From: Eledone cirrhosa
Lineage: Eukaryota
Assembly: GCA_964016885.1 (NCBI GenBank)
Contig: OZ024745.1
Coordinates: 61,442,001-61,506,000, forward strand
Reading direction: 5' to 3'
Length of the DNA stretch: 64,000 nucleotides
Shown in pieces: positions 44,028-58,394 of the stretch. The notes beneath the pieces are model-generated. The model worked only from the letters and a program-made list of their open reading frames with translations, was not told where the DNA came from and made no database searches. A program made the position numbers and the translations under genes. Position 1 is the first letter of the stretch, and every line of letters starts with the position of its first letter.

Positions 44028-44055
44028 TGAACTAACTGTTGTGTAACCACTTCTA

Positions 44056-44441
44056 TATAAATATGTGTAAATGAGATGATTAATCTCATTTGTATATGAA
44101 GCTGCATAAGTTGGCTCAATTTATAATAAAAAAGAAATAGGATTTCGCTTCAAGCATAGCTTTATACAATATATATAAATATTTTGTATCTCCAAAGAAA
44201 TACGGTTTTAGGAAGCCGTAGCTATGCAAACACCGGGGGGGGGGGGGGGGGGGCTAACGCCCACTGGTGATGTCCAGTAGAAGCAAGGGGACAACCGTCT
44301 ATGCATTTCAGGCTTAACTGGCCTTCGTCAGGACGGTTCCTCCCGCCGCTTGCGACTATATACTTTTCTCGTCTGTGTAAATGAGGTAATTAGTTACAGC
44401 TTCCTAAAAGTCTATTTCTTTGGAGATACAAAATATTTATA
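44056..44441 (-). mobile_element. Retrozyme-like 310-bp non-coding unit with short terminal redundancy and inverted arm
   Basis: TGTGTAAATGAG at 44064 and 44374. Inverted repeat 44175-44224/44391-44441. Confidence 0.65.
44293..44338 (-). ncRNA. Canonical minimal type I hammerhead ribozyme
   Basis: Minus strand AACCGTC-CTGACGA-AGGC(cagttaa)GCCT-GAAA-TGCA-TA-GACGGTT. Confidence 0.88.
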
Positions 44442-44454
44442 CATATACATGTAT

Positions 44455-44488
<34 letters not shown>

Positions 44489-44519
44489 ATACAAACACAC
44501 GCACACATATAAATATATA

Positions 44520-44865
44520 GTAGATGCAGCATGCTCGAATAGTTAAGAAGATTCCAGGTTCGATCCTACTAGGTGGCATGTTGGGTAAATAGGCATTTAC
44601 GATAGCTTGGCGTCAACTTATGCTTTGTGAGTAAAACTGAGTTGACAGAAGCCATTTGGAAGTTTGTCGGATGGACTATACTTGTAATTGAAAGAGTTAG
44701 CCCTGTTGTCATACACTGTCACATTGAATCTCTGAATCTCCTCGAGAATAACGTTTTGGGTATACATGTCTATTGAATGCTCAGCCACTTCCACGTTAAT
44801 TTCACGAGCAGGCTGTTCCATTCATCGAAGAACTGGAACACTCATCGTAGAAACCGACGGGGCTT
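44520..44865 (+). mobile_element. Old tRNA-derived SINE-like repeat
   Basis: B box GGTTCGATCC, with a body similar to 57573-57880. Confidence 0.55.
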
Positions 44866-44949
44866 CATTTTTCTCTCTCCTTCCCCCACTCTCTCTATTT
44901 CCACACACACACAAACACACGCCCATATAAATTATACATACTTATATAT

Positions 44950-45049
<100 letters not shown>

Positions 45050-45068
45050 GATAGATAGATACATATAA

Positions 45069-45117
<49 letters not shown>

Positions 45118-45373
45118 AGAAAAACTACAAACCCTCCATCTCAATTCTACTTTTGAAAAGCACAAGAACTGCGAAACCGGTAAAGGAACCAAATAAATAT
45201 ATATATTAAAAAAAAAAAAAAAAGAGTCCAGTTGCATTTTCGATTTCATCTTTTTTCCTTATACTTTCACTCATGTAGGACACCTCGCTTTTTTTTATTT
45301 TGTAAAAAAGCCTCACTTTCTAATATATATATATATATATATATAATATATATATATACATATATACATATAA

Positions 45374-45421
<48 letters not shown>

Positions 45422-45566
45422 GTTATTCCGGGTTGAGTCGGAGGTAACCACAGTAAGTAAGGTACTCAATACATTGCAGAGTATAACAGTTTTAATATAG
45501 ATGAGATTCTACAGCACTAGAACTGTTTAATTCTTTAGAAATTCCTGATGATTTCCTGATTCTTTA

Positions 45567-45731
<165 letters not shown>

Positions 45732-45732
45732 G

Positions 45733-45785
<53 letters not shown>

Positions 45786-46699
45786 GTATATATGATTACG
45801 CAAGCAGCGATACATAGGTATTCCGCCTGTTACAGAAACATATGTCAATACCTAATAAATTCCTTTTTAAAAAAAGCACTTTCATTTTATATTCATCTTT
45901 TCTATATATATATATATATATATAGACACACTTACACATAATCGCAGTAATCTGGTAAATTCCCAATAAAAGCATGGCTCTAGAATGTCGTATTGTGCTC
46001 AAAGGACAGAAAAGACTTAATGAGGATACTTTTAAAAAAAGCAAGGGGACACTGAGTGAATATGACGGTTTTAAGGCTAGAATTTACAGTTTCAACTTCC
46101 TCAAACCATATCTGTGATTTCTACAAAGTCTTGGATTCACAAGATCATGCAGACATTGATATATTATATCAGAAAATAAACGACAGGACAACGAATGGGA
46201 CAATGACAGCTGAAATGTCAGCCTAACGTTGAACTCTCGATAAAGAAATTAAAACAAATCGATTGAGGATTAATATGGAGCATAAAGAAAACACAGAAAC
46301 GGTAACTCTGTAGATTTAAGGAATAATTGTGTTGTCATTGTTAGTGTTGCTGTTGCTATTGTTGTTTAATCCGAGATCTGTCTTACGGTGAAAAGCAATC
46401 CGGCCCCGACGTTTAGTACCCTTAGGTTAAATACAATAGATTTTCTATTATTCTGAAAACTGTAAGGTGTGATTTGTAGAAATGTTTGCTACTATTTCTA
46501 GCTTGTCGTGTGGCTATGTAGACTTGTTCATTGACTCACCAGCAGAGAACGCAGAGAAGTTAGGTAAGAACGAGAGTCCCAGTACAAAACTCAAACGCAT
46601 ACAAATAGACAAAACACTGAAACAGAATAACAAAATAACACAAAATCCTAGACAGAAAACGGGAAGTACTGCCATTATCTTTCTCTAATAATCCCCAGT

Positions 46700-47790
46700 T
46701 CTAACAACGATATTGCTGATCACTTGAAGCTATCTTGTCACGAATATCATGTCTACTATGTCTTATGTTTGTGGAAACTAAACTATGACACTGGTTTGTT
46801 GTTCTCTGATATTGATTGGATCAGCCGTTTGTGCGTGACCTTAGCCAAGATCTTCTACTACTTTTGAATCAGACAGTTTTCTCTTTCTTATTTTATAGAT
46901 GATTACAATGCTAAACTCTTTTCACTATTGTGGTATATACTTCTGGTTCTATGCTACTCTTTAAGATCTTTTGAGGAATCTTCTTAGGTTCACGATATTT
47001 TCTGTTTATCAGAGTTATGATAGAATCTCTAACTTCAGCAAAGGCTGGTGACTCCTCAAATTGATGAATAATGATCACTTCGTAAAATTTTCACCTGAAT
47101 TTTGGATGTCTAGGTTTATGCTGGTTTAGTAGCTGACTGAAGTATTTATACCATCCATCCACTCTTTCTTAGTAGCGATGAATAGCCTATTGATTTGACT
47201 GACACTATGGAAGAATTGCTGAAATGTAAGAGAGATATTTGTTACATCATGATTATTGTACATGTCATGTCCGTTTACATGCAACCGAAGAATTCCAATA
47301 TCTTTTTCAATTTATCGTAAATATTTCGTAGTTAGAACGGTGGCCTGGATATCACTCCCAAAAGCTTGCCACTATTTTTTCCGGATTATCCAGAATTGCT
47401 ATGTTGGGATTGTCTACATTATCCAGGAATGTACTATTTGTGCAGGAGTTCTCACCAAACCAGTCTTTTTGCTCAAGTTTTCGGCAACCTCTTCATACAG
47501 TGTGGAAATGAGGTAAAGCCAGGTGTTATCGAATTCCTGAGCTGAAGAGTTCCTGTCATGTTTATAACAGCTGAACCTATTCATACAATCCATCTGACTG
47601 ATAAGGTCAATAAGTCGCAATGTTTGGATCTGTGTTGATTAAAAGATTCCCTAAAATATGGTGTTAATAATGGTGAGGTATTGTTCCGTACATTGCTGTT
47701 AGTATTACCAACGTTATCGTCTCCAATGTGGACCATCACATATTGTTTTCCTACCAATGTGTAATATCTTTGCTTTTATCGTTCTAGACC
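46700..47790 (-). pseudogene. Highly degenerate RTE-clade LINE (AP endonuclease end to RT start)
   Basis: Fragments CTEQYLTIINTIF, WYKYFSQLLN, PAFAEVRDSIITL and VDMIFVTR*LQ occur in the expected order. Confidence 0.7.
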
Positions 47791-47812
47791 AACATAGGAG
47801 GAAACGGAGCAG

Positions 47813-47880
47813 TGGTTGATACGTGGATTTCTGGTTGATACGTGGATTTCTGGTTGATACGTGGATTTCTGGATTTCTGG
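47813..47880 (+). repeat. 19-bp tandem repeat, three copies
   Basis: TGGTTGATACGTGGATTTC. Confidence 0.9.
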
Positions 47881-48313
47881 TGTCATAGTAAGCTGAAGAG
47901 CAAGGCACCCAGATTTCGTGTATAGTCACAAAAAGGCCAGGGATGAAGAAGGCGTATACTGGTAGAAAAGACTTACAAACTAGTCTACTTCCAAGTTCAA
48001 CAAAGGCGTCGGCCAATAACAGAAAGCAGTATAATAAAAACGCTGAAATAAAGTTGTAAGTAGTTCATTTAGCCATTAAATAGCAGCCAAATATCCCTTA
48101 AATTACAGCCTGCGTTTTTGCAAAGAGAAAGGAGGGTTTATCTTGGCCATATTGAAAAAATGGTCTGGACTGGTTAGAATGGCTTTGATCATAGGTCTAC
48201 TTGATGGGGGTCAAATAATAACAACAACTATGCATTGCTGTAGTGGACGCATTATACATATACTGTCAGAAATATACACAAACACACACATAAAAACACA
48301 GTTTGTGTTCTGA

Positions 48314-48396
<83 letters not shown>

Positions 48397-48538
48397 CGTG
48401 TGTGTGTGTGCGTTTAACGTGACAGGCATCGAATTTTAGTTCATCTGACACTAACCAAAAATTGGAAGGTTATTGTTCTGACACATGAGCTTCATACATG
48501 CAAGCAGACGCACATGTACACGCATACATGTACACACT

Positions 48539-48617
<79 letters not shown>

Positions 48618-48945
48618 AGAGAGAGAGACAGAGAATGAGAGAGAAAGAGGGAGGAATATATATATATATATATGTCTTTCCATTGTTTTATGTATTTCAG
48701 GCAGGACTTGCAATGGTCGAGCGTTTAATGAGTTTCATATCGACTTTAGCCACATTACAAACGTATTTTAGTGTGTTATGGGCAAACTGCGTCTGCATTT
48801 ATCTGGTAACAGAACAATTGTGTGTGTGAGAGAGACAGGGAGCGAGTGAGGTAGAGATAAAGCGGTAGATGGACGGAGAGGGAGTGAGAATGGAAAGAGA
48901 GATAGAAGGGAGATAAGAGAAACATAAGAGAGAGAGAGGGGGGAT

Positions 48946-49015
<70 letters not shown>

Positions 49016-49149
49016 CAGATGCTGATCTATTTTCATGGTTAAAACATGAATAATTACATATCTATCTGTCTAGATATATTATCTATCTATCCATCCATCC
49101 ATCCATCTCTCTCTCACTCTCTCTCTCTCTCCCTCTCTCTTTCTCTCTC

Positions 49150-49244
<95 letters not shown>

Positions 49245-49353
49245 AATATGTCTGCCAGCTTAGTCGACACACATGTAATTATGTGTATCTTTTGAAAACA
49301 CACCGTAAAACATATGTCAATGGATCTCGGTTTCAGCCACGTTTTTATGTAGG

Positions 49354-49423
<70 letters not shown>

Positions 49424-49638
49424 CATATATTATGTGTGTGTGTACAAATTACAAAATAGAGACATTTATCACAATCGATCGACTAAATTGTCTCCTTTGT
49501 ATAGATGTAACATAAACAACAAACCGTCTTTCACACCTTTGCAAACACCCACTCAAAATGTCACATTTACTTTGATATTTGTTTCCCTTCTATCTTCTCC
49601 TCAACAGCTCTGCTCTTCTCAACGGATTTACTCCCCTT

Positions 49639-49671
<33 letters not shown>

Positions 49672-49718
49672 ATGTATACACGTATATAATATATATATAT
49701 ATATGCAATTATATACAT

Positions 49719-49830
<112 letters not shown>

Positions 49831-49996
49831 TTGTTCCACTTTGTCTGTCCTCTTTGTTCATATGTATGTTGTGTTTGTGTTTATTAATTGTAGCTTACTG
49901 GTATCACTTTATTCTTTTTGTGGATTTGTCAAAATATATATCCTAGCGTGTAGACATTTCCATAACCGTAGATTTCCATTAATCATGTTTGATAGC

Positions 49997-50076
<80 letters not shown>

Positions 50077-50169
50077 CTTTTATTGAAGATCAAAGTGAAA
50101 TAAAAGCACCCCCCTCTCTCTCAGTATGCGTATTTTGTGTACGCATTCGTGTGAGTCTGTGCTTGCGTT

Positions 50170-50254
<85 letters not shown>

Positions 50255-51391
50255 GCACGTGTGTACGTCACGAATTTTTTGAATGTGTGTATATAATGAT
50301 ACAAGAATGAACTATTAGTATAGCAAATATATATCTCTTCATTTTAGTCCACACACTCGTAATTATATGTATATATTGATATGAAAACATGCCGTAAACT
50401 ATAGTGTTTCAAGCTAGGGTTTTGAGTAGAATGTCAAATGGAAACTAGCGTAACGAAGCTCGCATGTTTTCGACTACAGGTATGATGTACAAATGAAGTC
50501 AAATCATATAATTGGTAATAGGATCGAAACACAATCTAATACTAGATTTGTATATAAGTTCAATATGCAACCCTGGAGAACTTGGACCATGGGTATAATA
50601 TATTTACCAGTATTTATCTGATATTTGTGTCTAACTGAAATCAAGATATCGAGATGTATTATGATATACGATAAAAACGCAAGTTTCAGCCAAACCAAAT
50701 AATATTAGGTTTCCTCTTGTCTGGCGATCACATGATATACAATCTGATCTTATTATCTGATTATATGATCATACAATGTTTACATTTTACTCTCCTTTTT
50801 CTCTCGTTGTATCTTATACTCTCCAACAGGCCACATTGTCGTTATTTCCTTCTTTCGCTTCCTCCTTTCAGTTTCCAAATAGACACAAACACACACACAC
50901 GTATATACAAACATGCAAACACACACACGTATATAAACATGCAAACACACACACATGTATACAAACATGCAAACACACACATACACATGTACAAACATGC
51001 AAACATACACATACAGGTACATAAATATTTAAACACACACCTACACGTATACAAACATACAAGCACACATATACACAAATATTATGATAATGCATTGATA
51101 TGTATATATACATGTATATATATAGTATATATATATGTGCTCGCAAATTAAGTCAAAACCCAGCTCCTAGTTGCAAGCTCTTTTCTGAAGTAATATGTAA
51201 AACTTATACCTTTATCTGCCTGTTAGATTAACCAGTCATGAAATATAAAGTGGAGACAGATGGAGAGAGAAGAGAGGTGGAGTTGTAAATTAGGAAATAA
51301 CACATTGTGTTAACTCTCTCGCTGTCTTTTACATGCACGCAGGCACACACTCACAAATGCACGCACGCACGAACACACACACACACACACA

Positions 51392-51569
<178 letters not shown>

Positions 51570-51692
51570 TATATATTTATTAAAATAACAGATTAAAGTT
51601 TAAGCAAAGAATCGCTGCTTTCACCCTTAACGGGATCTTCTGAAACTAACAAAGTCAATCTGTAAACGCAGAACTGAATATTTCAAAAAACG

Positions 51693-52580
51693 TTGCAACC
51701 GGAGGAAGACAGGAAGACGATACTTTGGTTCGTGGTAACGTTCGCTGGCGAAGAACGGAGGCTTTCCCGTCTTTCCACCAACGAGCGCATTTTCAACGAC
51801 CATTCCACTTATTACAATGAAGCTCTTGCTCGAAGTGGATTTGTCGATAAGGTAGCATATACAGAGTACGAAAATAGACCTAGAAGAAATAGATCCCGTC
51901 GCATTTGTTGGTTTAACCCACCATATAATATGGAGGTGGCCACACCATTAGCTAAGATCTTTCTTTCCCTTATTACGAAGCATTTTCCCCCTACACATAA
52001 ATATAGTAAAATTTTTAATAGAAATACTATTAAAATTTCTTACTCTACGACTCCTAACATTGCACATAACATCACAGCTTCAAATTTAGCTAAACTACCT
52101 AGCCGTAGGAACACGTGCAACCCTGTAGTTAGTACTAACTGTAATTGTAGGGATCGGGCTGATTGCCCCCTATCCGGGAAATGCCTCTCTAGTAACATTG
52201 TCTACAAATGTAAGGTTGTAACACCCACGTCCCGTAGGGCCTACATAGGCTTAACCGCCAATAGTTTCAAGCAGCGTCTTTACATGCATACCCATTCTTT
52301 TCGTTACCCTCTAAGAAGGAATATGACGTCACTTTCAGCTTATATCTGGAGTCTAAAAGACAACCACACCCAATATAAGTTACACTGGGAGATCCTAACT
52401 AGGGCTAGATCGTATAACGGAAATAAAAGACCATGTGACCTCTGCGCCGCTGAGGCCCTGGAAATACTCTACGCTACAGACCACATCTTAAACAAAAAAT
52501 CTGAGGCAATTTCGGCTTGTAAACATAAATTGCACAAAACTTTCCTGTATTACAGCCCCACGTTATACCCTAACAGATAG
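51693..52580 (+). CDS. PLE thumb/linker plus intact Zn-knuckle and GIY-YIG endonuclease; the first 20 or so codons derive from the inverted pLTR
   Basis: ICWFNPPY, CNCRDRADCPLSGKCL, NIVYKC, AYIGLTANSFKQRLYMH, CDLCAAE and LNKKSEAISACKH. Confidence 0.88.
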   Translation: MQPEEDRKTILWFVVTFAGEERRLSRLSTNERIFNDHSTYYNEALARSGFVDKVAYTEYENRPRRNRSRRICWFNPPYNMEVATPLAKIFLSLITKHFPPTHKYSKIFNRNTIKISYSTTPNIAHNITASNLAKLPSRRNTCNPVVSTNCNCRDRADCPLSGKCLSSNIVYKCKVVTPTSRRAYIGLTANSFKQRLYMHTHSFRYPLRRNMTSLSAYIWSLKDNHTQYKLHWEILTRARSYNGNKRPCDLCAAEALEILYATDHILNKKSEAISACKHKLHKTFLYYSPTLYPNR

Positions 52581-53500
52581 CACGATCTATACGTGGATAT
52601 TTTACGTCTTGATGTGGGAGCTAAGTATATGTTTTGTTTATTCCTTTACCTATTTGCATAGGTAAGTATATATTATCCGTATGTTTTGTGAAGGTATGTA
52701 TACCTTCTCGTACGTATATTTGACTGTTATAGCGTATAATTTTTACATATTCTGGTATCTAGGGTTTGGCTATGTGTATACGGGAGTTTTGCGTCCGCGT
52801 GAGTGTGCAGGTTCGTACGTATGGTGGGTGTCTGTATATGTGTACTTCTTGTTTTAGTTGACTTACGTCTCCGAACATTTGTGTATTTATATGTAGGAAT
52901 GCGTGTGCGCTTGTTATATACGTATTTATTTACTTATAAACGTTTATATAATTATTTATTTATTTGTACACAAACATACACACACACACATATTTATATG
53001 TGCGTGGTTTTGTATACCCATGGTAAGGTTTTGCGTATGCTTGTGTATGTACGTATCTGTGTATGTATTTACTTGCTTCTATTACTTCTGTATTGTATTT
53101 ATTTACTTTGTTCTTAACTCTGTAGCGGAGATTCACTTGGTCTCCTAGTTAGAATTTTAGTCTACGATTTCTGCTATACCATTTACCTGGTTTTGTCTTT
53201 GCGTGCTATTGTTCTCCACGCTCCACATATGACTTAATATCTTCGTTTTTTCGTTCATTGCCAGAGAACGTCTCTATGCACCACCTAAGAGAACATTAGT
53301 CTACGACCTCTTTTATACCATAACGTGGTTTTGTCTTTGCGCGTAATTGTTTTCACCGCTCCTATTAATGACGTATTATTCTTTTTTTCCCGTTCTTCGC
53401 CAGCGAACGTTACCACGAACCAAAGTATCGTCTTCCTGTCTTCCTCCGGTTGCAACGTTTTTTGAAATATCCAGTTCTGCGTTTACAGATTGACTTTGTT

Positions 53501-53550
53501 AGTTTCAGAAGATCCGTTAAGGTTGAAAGCAGCGATTCTTTGCTTAAACT
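53501..53550 (+). ncRNA. Hammerhead-like motif with CAGAAGA core (mirror copy 51597-51647, minus strand)
   Basis: AGTTT-CAGAAGA-TCC/GG-GAAA-GCA..TGC-TT-AAACT. U4 is A in both arms. Confidence 0.6.
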
Positions 53551-53656
53551 TTAATCTGTTATTTTAATAAATATTTGCTCTACGGTTCTTATATATTTGA
53601 TATATATTTTCCTTATCGAGCCCTCTTTGGATTTTAGTCTTCAATTTTATTATTAC

Positions 53657-53699
<43 letters not shown>

Positions 53700-53701
<2 letters not shown>

Positions 53702-53790
53702 CCTTTTTTCCTATATCCCAGTCTACTACTATAAGTATTGAGTACTCTGGTGCGTTATGGTCCATCTGGTTCCTTCCCACAATTCCTTCG

Positions 53791-53854
<64 letters not shown>

Positions 53855-54030
53855 CGAAGGAATTGTGGTAAGGAACCAGATGGACCATAACGCACCAAAG
53901 TACTCAATAGTTAGGGTAGTAGAGTGGGTAATAGGAACAAGTATGACCCCGACGGCAGAGCTCAAGCCGTTTCGAAATAGAAGTCGAAACGGCTTGAGCT
54001 CTGCCGTCGGGGTCATACTTGTTCCTATAT
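53700..54030. mobile_element. Two family A inserts, tail-to-tail across one (TA)n tract
   Basis: 53700-53792 (+) and 53852-54030 (-, fold-back). Confidence 0.8.
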
Positions 54031-54035
54031 ACATG

Positions 54036-54085
<50 letters not shown>

Positions 54086-54151
54086 TTTGATTACCTGTAC
54101 AGGCAATATTTATTAGAATGCTGTTGAAGTGTGTATACATTTTTGGGAGAT

Positions 54152-54230
<79 letters not shown>

Positions 54231-54260
54231 TTAGAAAGTGAACAACACAAAATATAACTA

Positions 54261-54328
54261 CTCCATTACCAAAGGTTTCTGGATCACAGACGATAATAAC
54301 ATACGTTTGGATCGGTCGTCAGACAGAG
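54261..54328 (-). ncRNA. Type I hammerhead ribozyme within insert 54231-54405
   Basis: Minus strand CTCTGT-CTGACGA-(GATC..GATC)-GAAA-CCTTTGG-TA-ATGGAG. Confidence 0.7.
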
Positions 54329-54419
54329 AAGTTTCTAATTAAATAGCTCTGTTCTATACATAGAGCACTCTCTTTTCCTTTGTTTTTCCTTTGGAATTAC
54401 CTAAAACACACACACACAC

Positions 54420-54514
<95 letters not shown>

Positions 54515-54519
54515 TATAA

Positions 54520-54914
54520 AATATGTAAAATAAAATAAGTAAGTCAATATGTAAAACGAAGCCAAATTTTACATATTTGACTTACTTATTTTATTTTATA
54601 TATATATATATATATACATACAAATAAATTATCGAGAATCGGAACTTCGGCCCACGAAATAACGAAACACAATCTTCGAAATGTGCGGCAAAGTGCTCAA
54701 TAGTTCGGATAAACCTGAGATATAACTAACGTTTAATACCAACACACTGAGAAGATGCTTAAACAATCATTCGCACAGCTAAAAATACGACCCAAAAAAT
54801 TCGGGTAAGACAAATAAAAATATATATGAATGATATATATGTAGAAGTTCTATTTAAATTGTTGGGATACAACAAGCAAATATTTTTATAACTGATATAA
54901 AGCACTCAACTATC

Positions 54915-55004
<90 letters not shown>

Positions 55005-55178
55005 AAATAAGTAAGTCAAATATGTAAAATTTGACTTCGTTTTACATATTGACTTACTTATTTTATTTGACGTTTTACATATTTGACTTATTTACTCCGG
55101 AGTAAACAAACCAGCCTGCGTACTTCGTCGAGTGCTCCAATCTGCATACTAGGTGTCGGTAAACAATCAACATATACT

Positions 55179-55181
<3 letters not shown>
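54520..55181. mobile_element. Cluster of short PLE-type 3'-end inserts
   Basis: Palindrome 54520-54598 is mirrored at 54999-55090. GAGYRC boxes at 54673-54680 (-) and 55128-55135 (+). Confidence 0.55.
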
Positions 55182-55234
<53 letters not shown>

Positions 55235-55548
55235 AGGATCGTATTCCAACCGTGACCATCTCCACTGAAAGTTTACGTGAAATAGTCTTTTTCAAGACTA
55301 CACGGAGCATTTGTAGTTGTCCCAAATTGAAGGATGAGTATTTTAAACTTCATTTTATCATGAGTTAACGCTCTATTGATTTTTCCCTGGATTTCACTAA
55401 ATTCTGTTGGATAAATCTATATCCTGATTCTTTTTGAATTGAGTTTGAATTATTTTTCCCACATCTTACGTTAACTATTTTCCCATTTTGGCGCTTATAT
55501 ATTATGGAATACTGTTGGCTTCTTGCTACAATACTTTCTATACCTTTC

Positions 55549-55585
<37 letters not shown>

Positions 55586-56202
55586 TATATGATATAAGTT
55601 TATAGGAATGTAACTCTATCTTGATAATATAAGAGAATAACTGAAACTGGGTACAAATCCGGATGACATCCATGAATTTATGGTATGTATTTCTTACAAT
55701 GTAGTTAAGGATAGTGGTAAGAATATCTCAGGAGAGCTGGACAGCAGAAGGTCTTCAGAGAAGAAAGAAGGCCGTAAATACTAACGGAAGTAAATTTGAC
55801 AGCTCCCCCCCCCTCTAATACCCTGTGCGCAGTCGCAAACTCACGTCGTTTTAAGCGTTTACTTCTAAACAATTGTCACTTACTTGGAGGATTGTGCATT
55901 TGTCTATCTTTATATCAGACTTGCCAACCTCTAAAAACCCAAACGGGCAGTGCATGGAAAAACGTGCCCCAAAACTGAAATGAGAAATGAGGCAAAATGG
56001 GGAGATTTTACATAATAAAAGCTATACCCATTTTCACAAGAGAAGACATTCATCACCCACCCCAAAATGGGTAGGGGATACCCCCTTCGGACGGGGAGAG
56101 TTGACAGATCTGTTATATAACGTTATGTCTATCTATATATCTTTATATAACGTTCTCTATGTCTATCTAACTTTATATAACGTTGTATATCTCTCTCCCT
56201 CC

Positions 56203-56246
<44 letters not shown>

Positions 56247-56497
56247 GTGTGTATTCATGTAATATTCACTATGTGTATTAATCTTTATTTAACGATTATT
56301 TGTAAGTCTATTTCCATTTTCTGAAAATTCAGTTTCAAATTGTTACTCATATTTTAATATACATGGGGAAAACATACTTGCATACATACAGATATACCAA
56401 CACCCTCACAGACATGTGAATATGGTGTCTCTACATCGTCACTGAACCTGGTTGAAATAACAGCCAAGTCAGACCCTATCGTCTTAACGAATCACTG

Positions 56498-56687
56498 AAT
56501 AATTGTTTCTACTTTTTGGCACAAGGCCAGCAATTACCCAGTGCATTACTGGTACTTTATTTTATCGACCCCGTAAGGATGAAAGGCAAAGTTAACCTCG
56601 GCGGGATTCGAACTCAGAATGGCAAGGGCCGTAACTCTATGCGTCAAAGCATAGCGTCCGACCCTCTACCGATATTGCCAATCCACC
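56498..56687 (-). mobile_element. SINE with TSD CTGAATAAT
   Basis: High identity to 9775-9962. Confidence 0.88.
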
Positions 56688-57014
56688 CTGAATAATGTAA
56701 TCTTATATATATATCCTTAAAAAGACACTCCAGCCATGCATATAATTGATCAGTCATTCGGGCAATAGATACCCTGTCCTGTAAGATATATATCTTCTCT
56801 GATTAACATTATAGAATTGAACCATTATAGAATTGAACCAAACCTTTATCTATGATTTGATTTTGAACCCAAAACAAGTAATAAGTGAGAGGTTAGAAAG
56901 CAAAGTGTTATCTAGTCAGTCTAGACGTAGGCCTTTTAGTCATTTGTTCATTGACATCTCTTGCCATTTCTTCGTTGAAGTATTAAAGCCATTTTACTGT
57001 TTAAACATTATATC

Positions 57015-57045
<31 letters not shown>

Positions 57046-57173
57046 CTTCTTCTTCTTCTTCTTCTTCTACACCATCAATAGCTAATAATTAGTAAACCCC
57101 TGCTGCTCTTTATCTAAACGTATGCACTCACACACAGACAGACAAAACACACACACAGACACACACACACACA

Positions 57174-57206
<33 letters not shown>

Positions 57207-57389
57207 ACATACACACATACAGGCACACATGCACACACATGCACCCTAGCACGTGTATACACCTGCACACAAGTGTACGCAGATGGTCTGAGAGATATTG
57301 ATATAAAAACAGTTGCATGTAGCGGCACAGATACTATCGCATAAACACACACGCAGTCATACAAATACGCAGATACACAAACACGTATG

Positions 57390-57461
<72 letters not shown>

Positions 57462-58082
57462 GACACAAACACACACATACACACACACAGACACACGCAC
57501 GCACGCACAAGTACGCACACACATTGTATATTCATGTATATATATATATATATATATATATCTCCATATATAGGAGAGGCAGTATAGCCGAATACTTAAA
57601 ATGTTCAGATGGCAATCAAAAGTTTTCCGGTTCGATTCCACTGAGTGGAAACTTGGATAAATGTCATTTACCATAGCCTCGCGCTGATCCTAAGCCTTCA
57701 GAGTCATATTGAGTAGACGCGTTGTTCTTGTCCCACAAAGGGGCAGTCTTGCCATACACTGTGTCAGTCTGAATATCTCTGTGAATACGTCTGAAGAATG
57801 TTAAACCAATTGTATACTAAATAACTAGGAGGATGCTCCCGCGAACGAACAGTTGGAATACTCATCATCGAAAGCCACTGAAGCCAATTCCATTATATTA
57901 CATTCCGAAAGAGATATTGGAAACCTATGGCAGAGTAGATATATTCGCACTTATGTCGCCGGCATAAAATACCACACAGTGAGACTGAGCATGAGACCAC
58001 ATTGTTGCGAAGCACACTTTGTAAGTATGAGGAGGCTATTTCAGACACAGACAGACACACACACACAGACACACACACACAG

Positions 58083-58177
<95 letters not shown>

Positions 58178-58394
58178 ACACACACACACATTCACACACA
58201 CATGCACACACTCTCTCAGACACATATACACAGGCTCACACATTCACACACACACACACTCTCATACACATACACATACACATACATAGGCACACACATA
58301 CATTCAGGCGTACACACACATTCACATTCTCACATACACATATGAGGGAACACACACAGACACACAGACATACACGTATAACCATATAAGATCG

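Larger units (their letters stand above)
41923..44055 (+). mobile_element. Naiad-type Penelope-like retroelement with inverted 5' pLTR
   Basis: Inverted pLTR 41923-42139, ORF, then 3' pLTR about 43821-44055. (TA)n flanks. Confidence 0.92.
51575..53658 (+). mobile_element. Second Naiad-type PLE family, 5'-truncated, with inverted pLTR
   Basis: 51575-51753 is inverted at 53395-53572. (TA)n flanks. Confidence 0.9.

Noticed and set aside
48701-48805. Possible host exon (TTTCAG acceptor, GTAACA donor, 105 bp)
   Set aside because: The peptide AGLAMVERLMSFIST.. is not recognisable and no partner exons were found. RNA-seq would be needed.
49285-49325. HHR-like TTGAAAA..AAAACATATGTC
   Set aside because: No credible stem II, and G12 is missing.
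55650-55765. Minus-strand CTGAAGA..GAAATACATA as another long-stem HHR
   Set aside because: No stem I pairing could be found.
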